A stretch of DNA of 64,000 nucleotides from an uncultured Verrucomicrobiae bacterium (lineage in GTDB: Bacteria > Verrucomicrobiota > Verrucomicrobiia > Chthoniobacterales > JAATET01). A program made the translations under genes and the position numbers. The stretch is taken from positions 480,001 through 544,000 of the forward strand of contig CAVRCI010000002.1 of assembly GCA_963719495.1 (NCBI GenBank). Reading direction: 5' to 3'. Every line of letters begins with the position of its first letter. Within the stretch, counting starts at the first letter, position 1. Shown here in pieces: positions 56,526 to 64,000 of the stretch. The notes under the pieces were generated by a model that did no database searches, had not been told where the DNA came from, and saw nothing but the letters and a program-made list of their open reading frames with translations.

Positions 56526-56801
56526 ATGAAAAACAAAAACCTCGCAAGAAACCTCATCGCAGTCGGCCTTGCTCTGGCCATCATCCCATCATTTATGGCA
56601 GGTGCGCTGGAGGAGCAGGGGAGTGGTGTCGCCGGAGGGATCGTGACGATGCTGATGATGCTCGGCGTTTTCGTTTACTTTGGCGGTCTCTGTCTTGTCT
56701 CTCGAAATAAAGGGCGCTCATGGGCGTGGGGTCTGACGGGATTGTGCTGCGTCTTTGGCGGGATGGTCGTCCTCTTCCTCAAACCACGGACGGTATCTTG
56801 A
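56526..56801 (+). CDS. Small membrane protein (about 3 TM)
   Basis: Hydrophobic segments; KGRSWAWG motif. Confidence 0.7.
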   Translation: MKNKNLARNLIAVGLALAIIPSFMAGALEEQGSGVAGGIVTMLMMLGVFVYFGGLCLVSRNKGRSWAWGLTGLCCVFGGMVVLFLKPRTVS

Positions 56802-56850
56802 TCGCATGATCAAGACTCCCGTTTCACTTGCTTCTCGTTCGTCTATTCCA

Positions 56851-57240
56851 ATGAAAGTAGTCGCTTTTTCGCTGCTCTTCGCCTTCTGCATCACGATGCT
56901 TTCGGGGTGCGGCGAGAAAGCGCCGATCAGCGTAAGTTATCTGGGTGAAGACGTGGAGGGCCCCGCCATGCTTAAAATCCGAAACATGTCGAGGGCGCCA
57001 ATCACAATCGACACGGTGAAAGTAAACAACGCCTGGATTGCAAAATCATGGATTCTTAGAGACGAGAACTCCAATCCGCTGGGTTTGTTGGCGGAGGCGT
57101 TCCAAGGCGGGCGGGGATTTCCCGCTAAACTCGAACCCAATCACATCGCAATCATCATTGTGGACACTCGAGCCACGGTCGGTGACGCCTACGAAGCGAC
57201 GATTTCGACCGAAGACGGACTGTGGTCGTTTGAGTTTTAA
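56851..57240 (+). CDS. Putative lipoprotein
   Basis: MKVVAFSLLFAFCITMLSGC lipobox; beta-rich mature part. Confidence 0.65.
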   Translation: MKVVAFSLLFAFCITMLSGCGEKAPISVSYLGEDVEGPAMLKIRNMSRAPITIDTVKVNNAWIAKSWILRDENSNPLGLLAEAFQGGRGFPAKLEPNHIAIIIVDTRATVGDAYEATISTEDGLWSFEF

Positions 57241-57641
57241 CGTCGCTCTTCGATCACGGAGTGGATGCGAGGAAAGTTCGCGGGGGCCGCAGTATGACTA
57301 CTGCGGCGCCTTTTGATTTTTCCGCACGATGGTTCCTTCGGAACCCACCACGAGAGCTGCATCCTTCGTCCCGAGAATTCCGGTGAAGTTCGAATCGGCG
57401 ACGAGAGGCTCGTCGGTCGATGATCAGATCACTCCGGGCACATTCGCGGTAGCGATCATGAGATGCCCTCACCAGGCCATTTAAGAGAGGTCGATGCAGG
57501 CGCCAGCTGGATCAGTAATCCACGACGTTATCCAATGTTCGAAGCGTACCGGGGCATTTGCACCCGGGACGAATTACCGTCGAGTCTTTACAACCCAAGT
57601 CTTTAACGATTTTATCAGCCTGGTTTCAGCCCGGCCAAATT

Positions 57642-60233
57642 GTGCAACCCTCTCCGAACTCCTTCGAGCCATTTCGATTTTATGACCTGGCATCTGGAGA
57701 TTTTGAGAAACTGTGCCGAGCCATTTTCCGCGAATTGGAGGGAGTAGCTGATTCGCTTTGTTACGGAACTCGCGGCCAAGCTGATAGAGGCGTCGATGTC
57801 GTCACGACATTCGTGCACGGCGCAGTTTGGGCGATTCAGTGCAAGGCGTGCGAACCTCGATCCGCGCTTAAACACTTAAAGGAAGCTGTGGCAGACTTTG
57901 AACCGCATATCTCCTTTTGGAAAAAAAAAGGAGTCTCGCGATTCATTGTCGCAATGGGATGCGGTGTGGCAGACACAAAAACCATCGAAGAACGCGACAG
58001 ATGCATCGCGTCATTTGCTGCGCAGGGAATTCAATTAGCGCTTTGGGATAGCGATGAGATTGTCCGTCACCTCTCAGGTATGCGCTCCGTCGCACAGCGG
58101 TATCTTCCAGCATGGGTAACCCTTTCTATTTGCGGGGCTGAAACGCTGATCGACCAGACAAGTGCGTTGTCCACCGACAGGGCTCATAAATTTGAGATCC
58201 CTAGCGAGCTTTCAGCGGAACTCTCGGCAGCGAAAGACGAAGAGCTTGATCATCTTCGTGAGGCAATCCGTTGCGGACAGTCAACCGATGTTGAACTGAA
58301 GTTAAGAACCATGTTGGAGAGCGCAGCCTGGCCAACGCTCAAGCCGTCAACAAAAGGGCGAGTATTTCGGATGCTCTCGACCATTTGCGTGAACTCTGAC
58401 CGGCTGGCAGACGCCCGGGCACTGTTGGAACGGAGCAAGGATGTAGACCCAGCCGGGAAGACGGTTCTAACAGAAATTCCGTTGATTCGCGAAGAGAGAG
58501 GAACAGAAGCGGCATTGGCTTCAATGCCGGAGCCGACGAATCAGGAAGAATTCCACCTTCAAATTGTCCTTATGTTTGGAGTCGGCAAGGTCGATGATGG
58601 CCTCAAAAAGCTCGACGTTGCGCCATTCGGAGTATCCGCCGACACCCATCGCCTCAAGGCACTCGGATTGCTCAGCAAACGCGAGATTGATGCTGCTTCC
58701 GCCGGCATAACGGAAGCTGAATTTGTCGCGCCGAAATGGAAGCTCGTCCGTGAGGCAGCAGCTTACTGCGACTACTTTAGCGCGATTGTTCCGACCTTCG
58801 AAGGTTGGAGCCAATGGGATTGGCCGCTAACCACAGAATGGCATCTTGTAAGGCAAGACAGTCGAAGTGCCGAGTTGCTACGACGCTCCGCGGCGAGATG
58901 GAGTGGTCTCGCTAATGATAGGGAATGTGGCTCCGCGGAATGGCTCAGACGCAAAGGTTGGCAATTGGCATGCCTTGCGAGTGCCAGAGGCGCGGTCGCC
59001 GAGGCGGAAGCTGTCTTGAGCGAGATACTCTCTAAAAATCCTGCCGACGAGGTAGGTATCATTTGGGGTCTCAAGAGAAATCTGAAATTCGATAGGGACG
59101 CTGCGAAGCGCGCCCTTGCTCAAGCCGTAGCGGTGAGTCCTTCTATTCGCGGCGTGCAGGCGCTGTTCAGCGTCTACGTTACCGAACAGGATTTTGACGC
59201 GTCCGGGCGATTACTCGACGAGCACAAAAGCGTCTTCGAGATACCCGAACTTCGCGGCACTTGGGCTTTTCAGAGAGCACAAGTATTCCTCGCAATGGGT
59301 GAGAACCTTTCCGCGAAGAACCTCGCTGCATTACAACCTGAAGCAGAGCGCCTTTATATAGAAGCTGCCTTGGCAAGGGTCGAAGGCATGGCGGCAGGCT
59401 GGACTCCGGAACTCGCTGAGGTCATGGACAAGGAATTCCGTTCGAGCGGCACTCCGGCCTCTCTATTCGCAAGCTGTGAAGCTCATCTTTTTGCCCGCCA
59501 ATTCACCTACGTCTCGGAGCACGCTGACGACCTTCTCGAAAACTTCCCAACAATACCGGCGTTACAACTCGCAATTGAAGGAACGGCGGGAGCAGCGAAT
59601 TGGTTCGCGTGCCTGTCACTAATCGAAAAATGGAGCCATCTCTTTAAAGATGACGAGATTTCTCCCGTCATCAAGCGAACAAGAATTGAATGCCTCCGGC
59701 AATTGGGGCGACTCCCTGAAGCCACTGCTGAGGCGGAAAAAATACAAGCCGAGTTAGGAATTGATGAGCGCATATCGTTGTTTGAGATGCTGCTCAGCGC
59801 TGGAGACGTGGAAAAAGCAATCTCTACGGCGCGGATTATCATGCAGGACCCGGATGCTCATAGCCGGGCACTACTTCACCTTGCCCACCGACTTTTTTCC
59901 GAGAACGTCGAAGTCTCAAAAGCACTAGTCATCGAGGCGCAGAATCGAGGCGCAGTGGACTCCCCGGATATGGCCGCGGCGGCTGCTCATCTCATGATGA
60001 GTCTGAACATGGAGCCTGAAGCAGCACCATTGCTCAAAATTGCGATGGAGGCGGCTTCACAACCCGGTTCAGCGATGAAGCAATTCTCCCTTGCTGAGCT
60101 TCTTCAGATGCAGAGGGACTGGCACCAAAAGCGTGAGGAACTCTTTGGAAACTATCGGGCGGGCTCTCTCACCAATCATGCGTTTGCCATCGGTGCGAGA
60201 GAGTCGTTGGCGGGCCAGTATTACTTTTTCTAA
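57642..60233 (+). CDS. N-terminal part of a giant defense-like protein: Mrr-like restriction endonuclease domain + TPR-like repeats
   Basis: FEKLC...GQADRGVD...AIQCK (PD-QxK); long helical repeats. Start uncertain (GTG 57642 or TTG 57558). Ends at an in-frame TAA. Confidence 0.75.
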   Translation: MQPSPNSFEPFRFYDLASGDFEKLCRAIFRELEGVADSLCYGTRGQADRGVDVVTTFVHGAVWAIQCKACEPRSALKHLKEAVADFEPHISFWKKKGVSRFIVAMGCGVADTKTIEERDRCIASFAAQGIQLALWDSDEIVRHLSGMRSVAQRYLPAWVTLSICGAETLIDQTSALSTDRAHKFEIPSELSAELSAAKDEELDHLREAIRCGQSTDVELKLRTMLESAAWPTLKPSTKGRVFRMLSTICVNSDRLADARALLERSKDVDPAGKTVLTEIPLIREERGTEAALASMPEPTNQEEFHLQIVLMFGVGKVDDGLKKLDVAPFGVSADTHRLKALGLLSKREIDAASAGITEAEFVAPKWKLVREAAAYCDYFSAIVPTFEGWSQWDWPLTTEWHLVRQDSRSAELLRRSAARWSGLANDRECGSAEWLRRKGWQLACLASARGAVAEAEAVLSEILSKNPADEVGIIWGLKRNLKFDRDAAKRALAQAVAVSPSIRGVQALFSVYVTEQDFDASGRLLDEHKSVFEIPELRGTWAFQRAQVFLAMGENLSAKNLAALQPEAERLYIEAALARVEGMAAGWTPELAEVMDKEFRSSGTPASLFASCEAHLFARQFTYVSEHADDLLENFPTIPALQLAIEGTAGAANWFACLSLIEKWSHLFKDDEISPVIKRTRIECLRQLGRLPEATAEAEKIQAELGIDERISLFEMLLSAGDVEKAISTARIIMQDPDAHSRALLHLAHRLFSENVEVSKALVIEAQNRGAVDSPDMAAAAAHLMMSLNMEPEAAPLLKIAMEAASQPGSAMKQFSLAELLQMQRDWHQKREELFGNYRAGSLTNHAFAIGARESLAGQYYFF

Positions 60234-63200
60234 CACCGCAAGACTGTCTCTGACCCGCGCTTCGTATGGAGCACCAGAATCCGGCACGGTGCCTTAAGAC
60301 GCCCTCGTTCCATCGGAAAGCTGGCTCGCAGTCTGTTTCTGGACCTGAGTTCTCTCTACTTGGCTGATCAACTTGGGATTCTGAATTTGGTCGAATCCGA
60401 ATTCGCACCGATTCAAATATCCCCAACGTTAATTGATGCGCTAAAGGCCGAGATCGACCGCCTTTCGGATGCGCAGCCGTCCCGAATCGAAGCTGAACAG
60501 GAAGTTTTGAGACTTCTATATTCCGGAAAACTTACGTCTGTAACATTTCCCGAAACTCTTCTCCCGGATGGGGAAGTGCTGCAGGCGAGCATGGGAGCGG
60601 AATGGTGCTCAATGCTCGCGCACGCTGTCTCACATCACGGGAAGATAGTGGATTTCACGCCACTAACGACGAACCAAGAAGACCCGGTTTTAGCCGAGCT
60701 GCCCGATACACTCGCTTCGTACGTCACAGGATTAGGGGCATTACTCGAAGCGCTCGCAGTTTCCGGTAAAATATCCGGAGCTGACGCCCAATTGGCTCGC
60801 GAGCGACTCGGTTCCTTCGCTGTTACAGAGACTGTTCCGGAATTGAGACCAAAAGCACCTGTCATCCTTGTGCCGGGTGTCGCGACAGAATTGGCGTTCG
60901 CGGGCATTCTGATGCCGCTAACCGCCGAGGCAAATGTTGTAATCAATCAAAACGAGAAGCAAGGTATTGAGCAACACAGGTTGCAACTCGATCTGCGCGA
61001 CGAAATGGTCGCGTGGCTAAAGTCATTGAGAGAACGCGTCCGCACCGGGCTAGGCACTAGGTATGTGATGATTCCGAACACACGTTCTGGAGCGCCGGAG
61101 GGATGGGATGCGCAATCCAACCCAACTCTGGCGTGCCTATGGGATTTCCTAGATATCGGCAGAAGCAAGGCTGTCTTGAGCTGCATCGATGATCGCACAA
61201 TTGGAAACGTTGACCGATTTGGAGAGTCAAAGGTGGTCGATACCTACGATCTCCTCGCGCATTTCAAAGCGCGACGGAAAATTACCTCCGAGCAATTTTA
61301 CAGTTTCACGCACGTTCTGCGACGGGAGAACTACTGGTATATACCAATCTCGAAGGCTGAGCTTCGCCACCATTTGGCGACTGCGGAGTATGCCAACGAC
61401 TCGCTCATCGAGTCCGCTGAACTTCGCACCATTCGGCGTTACTTTGCAGCATGTCTCCTTGATTGGGACTCTTTGCAGAAGCTCCCGCCGAACCATCCTT
61501 TAATTCACCGAAAGTCTGAAATCGCTATCGCAGCATCAGTCCAGGTCGGCTGCACCGACGTACTTCTGCGAATCTGGAAAGACCCCAACATCTCACTTCC
61601 TCGCAAGCATTCTGCCAGCGACTGGATTCTAAACTCCCTTTGGATCGACATCGCTGCGGTAAATACTTTCGGCAAAGACGAGACCGCAGTCGTGGAAGGA
61701 ACGCTCGGGATATGCTTGGCGCACTTGATTACGAACATCGTCCAAATCGGAATTTTAGCTGACCAGACCGAGACTCGAACCGCCTACCTCGATTGGCTCC
61801 TCTCGCGTATCAACGCAGACTCGGACAAAGGCGGGCCACTGGCGGTGCAACTCAAGAGGATGCTCGAAACGCTAAACAGCGACATCGGGGGAGTTTTCAA
61901 GAAGCCGTGGCGGCGAATGATGTCCAACGTGGTCACAGCGCTGCCGGTCGAACTCCGGATTGCACTCGATTTGACCTCAAAGGAACGGAAGGCGTTTGGA
62001 TATTCTGAATACACCGCAATTACGGTCGGTGAATTCACATTCGACGGGGTGGATATCTGGCCAGCTATAGCCAAAGCGGCGGAGGGAAAAGCGGCAACCG
62101 TCGAATCAAAAGACACCCACTCAAAGCAGTTTTCGTTGAAGGCAAGCTGGAAGGAGAATCAGCTTCGTGTCCTCTTTGATGATGGGGAGAAGAAATTCGG
62201 CGTTTCTAATGAATTGTTTGCGCTTGTTAGTAACGACCCAAAAGTTCAACGCCGGACGTTGGAAGACTTGAGAAGCTCTTTTGATTTATCGAAAGCCCGC
62301 TCCAAAACGGCTTTTGCGAAGGTTCTATCAAATAGGCGTGTTGATTTGCGCCTGCGGGATACGACGGACCTTAGAGACAACTCGTTTGAATGGACCCTGA
62401 AAGCGACCGCGCAAAAAATCCGCCAAATCGAGTCGATAGATCTAAACGATTTCGTCCCGATAAATGCGATTGGCGTTTTGCAGCATTTGCGGCTGGAAAT
62501 GAAACCGCGCGGACAAAAATATGAAGAGACACTTGCGCGGAGCGCCTCAGTGTTGCTCGCCGAAGAAGGCTTTGAAGAAGCATTCTACCGCCACGCGTGT
62601 CTCCCCGTGATGCTCGCTTCTGAAATCGTGGAAAGCTTCGACCGGTTGCCGGTTGAAGCGCGAGAACGGTTCATCGCGTTGATTGATGCCGGGGAAGGGG
62701 GCGCTATTCAGCGCCTACACGCGTGTTTTCTAATTTGGCGCTCAGAGTCCGGTGACCAAGCCAAAGCGCTTGAATGGTTCAAAGCGTTAAACACAAAGCC
62801 AGGGACCCAATCCTGGGGATTGTTTGCGTCCATCATGCACTGGTCGTATTCCAGACTTACGTTGGAAGCGGGCGATAGCGCTGGTGACGAGACAGCCGTG
62901 CTCGCCACTTGGATTCACGCGGGCAGGTTGAGCCAGCTCTTTTGCCACGGAACCGACAAGAAGGGGCTTTCCACTTTTTTCAAGGCTCATGGGTCAAAGA
63001 ATCCTGAGCGAGCCTTCACCAAACAGGAACAGGCGGCTACGGATGTCAGCAATCCCCGCAATCTCGACTTCATTCGTCTCGTCATCCACGGACTTTCCGC
63101 AACCCTCAAGCTTTGCAGGAGAACGCCTGATCTATCCTCATTTTCCGCAGAGCTGAACTCGCTCTGTTTTCCCTACGACGATCAAAATTTCCCAGCGCTG

Positions 63201-63854
63201 TCACTCGTTGCTCAACAGAATACTCGTTCAAATTTTCTTGGAGCTTTCGTAGGGCCTTGCGATCCTACTCCTCTCGTCGAATACGTCGGCGAACGAATCA
63301 ATCAAATCGCTCCAACAGCACTTCACATAGATTCGCTAAGAGCCTTTGATCTTCTGAATGAGGACACCACCAATCAGAGTGCGTGGGCTCTCGTCGGACT
63401 TCACATTGTAGGCAGCGCGCCTACTGCCGAAGAAGGTCGTAGATTGCTGCACGCCGTCGAAGCGGTGAACTTTGCAACATGGGCGGACTTGGACCAGGCG
63501 AAGCTGACGCTCGGTTTTATCTTCGCTCAGGCTGTCAACTTCCCACATCGCAGTCAGTTATTTGAGGCGAAGTTAGTTGAGTTGTCAAAAGCCTTGGGCT
63601 CTGGGTGGCTATCGATGTCCGCAGAAGATTCGGCGGATCTTATCGCCAATACGGCGTTCCACATGTGCTTTTCGGCGTCGGCCCCAACTGAACGTATGCG
63701 GCGCTTTTTAGGACTTTGCGCTCAAGCAGCTCACGCACTGCCGGAGGCCGCTCCTCGCCTACTAGAAGTAGGAACGAGGCTGGCGTTCAGCCAGCGGTGC
63801 GAACATCTACCATGGATGGTTCGTTCCCTTCTTCAACTTCGGTGTGCTGCATGA
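60234..63854 (+). CDS. C-terminal part of the same protein: PIN-like domain + helical region
   Basis: Same frame as the upstream ORF and open from 60234; LFLDLSSL..LGIL and CIDDR motifs are PIN-like. Confidence 0.6.
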   Translation, partial: HRKTVSDPRFVWSTRIRHGALRRPRSIGKLARSLFLDLSSLYLADQLGILNLVESEFAPIQISPTLIDALKAEIDRLSDAQPSRIEAEQEVLRLLYSGKLTSVTFPETLLPDGEVLQASMGAEWCSMLAHAVSHHGKIVDFTPLTTNQEDPVLAELPDTLASYVTGLGALLEALAVSGKISGADAQLARERLGSFAVTETVPELRPKAPVILVPGVATELAFAGILMPLTAEANVVINQNEKQGIEQHRLQLDLRDEMVAWLKSLRERVRTGLGTRYVMIPNTRSGAPEGWDAQSNPTLACLWDFLDIGRSKAVLSCIDDRTIGNVDRFGESKVVDTYDLLAHFKARRKITSEQFYSFTHVLRRENYWYIPISKAELRHHLATAEYANDSLIESAELRTIRRYFAACLLDWDSLQKLPPNHPLIHRKSEIAIAASVQVGCTDVLLRIWKDPNISLPRKHSASDWILNSLWIDIAAVNTFGKDETAVVEGTLGICLAHLITNIVQIGILADQTETRTAYLDWLLSRINADSDKGGPLAVQLKRMLETLNSDIGGVFKKPWRRMMSNVVTALPVELRIALDLTSKERKAFGYSEYTAITVGEFTFDGVDIWPAIAKAAEGKAATVESKDTHSKQFSLKASWKENQLRVLFDDGEKKFGVSNELFALVSNDPKVQRRTLEDLRSSFDLSKARSKTAFAKVLSNRRVDLRLRDTTDLRDNSFEWTLKATAQKIRQIESIDLNDFVPINAIGVLQHLRLEMKPRGQKYEETLARSASVLLAEEGFEEAFYRHACLPVMLASEIVESFDRLPVEARERFIALIDAGEGGAIQRLHACFLIWRSESGDQAKALEWFKALNTKPGTQSWGLFASIMHWSYSRLTLEAGDSAGDETAVLATWIHAGRLSQLFCHGTDKKGLSTFFKAHGSKNPERAFTKQEQAATDVSNPRNLDFIRLVIHGLSATLKLCRRTPDLSSFSAELNSLCFPYDDQNFPALSLVAQQNTRSNFLGAFVGPCDPTPLVEYVGERINQIAPTALHIDSLRAFDLLNEDTTNQSAWALVGLHIVGSAPTAEEGRRLLHAVEAVNFATWADLDQAKLTLGFIFAQAVNFPHRSQLFEAKLVELSKALGSGWLSMSAEDSADLIANTAFHMCFSASAPTERMRRFLGLCAQAAHALPEAAPRLLEVGTRLAFSQRCEHLPWMVRSLLQLRCAA

Positions 63855-64000
63855 CCTCAAGTCATTTCATGAAATTTACCCGGCTGGTCGAACTAGCTTC
63901 GGGCTGTGGCCACATCGGCTGCCGCTCGGGTAATGGCGGCGGTCACTCGCTTCCGCCCTCCTCTGCTGAACTGGAGAAGGGAGCTGATGCAGCGAAAGTT

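Larger units (their letters stand above)
51610..64000. mobile_element. Lower-GC genomic island (right end not visible)
   Basis: Visible drop in GC and change in codon usage after ~51.6 kb; recombinase, Fic, XRE and defense-like cargo. Boundary approximate. Confidence 0.7.

Noticed and set aside
57921..57929. A9 tract in the nuclease domain as a phase-variation switch
   Set aside because: In frame (WKKKG); a single tract is not evidence without read-level length variation.
60221..60233. Programmed frameshift joining the two giant ORFs
   Set aside because: Both ORFs are in the same frame; the break is an in-frame stop.

Overview
High-GC bacterial DNA, most likely Verrucomicrobiota (inferred from a Verru_Chthon-type four-gene prepilin cassette, PEP-CTERM proteins and many sulfatases). 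Positions 1 to ~51.6 kb form one large locus for using sulfated or complex carbohydrates. It holds a sugar ABC transporter, four CxPxR sulfatases, GH2 x2, GH4, GH9 x2, GH51-like x2, GH63-like, GH116, a beta-helix enzyme, a PL22-like beta-propeller, an MFS symporter and a LacI regulator. A minor-pilin cassette and two PEP-CTERM genes sit in the middle. A 10-bp pseudo-palindrome, TAACGG(C/G)(T/A)TA, occurs nine times, always just upstream of a gene start, including the LacI gene, the pilin cassette and both PEP-CTERM genes, which suggests one regulon. The PEP-CTERM pair has a readable duplication/capture junction, and one of its passenger domains has an unanchored paralog 8 kb away. Several families of short intergenic repeats are present. 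From ~51.6 kb to the end is a lower-GC island: tyrosine recombinase, AAA ATPase, Fic protein, an XRE regulator with three palindromic operators, and a ~2,070-codon Mrr-like nuclease-TPR-PIN gene split by a single in-frame TAA. All family calls come from motifs read by eye; no searches were run.
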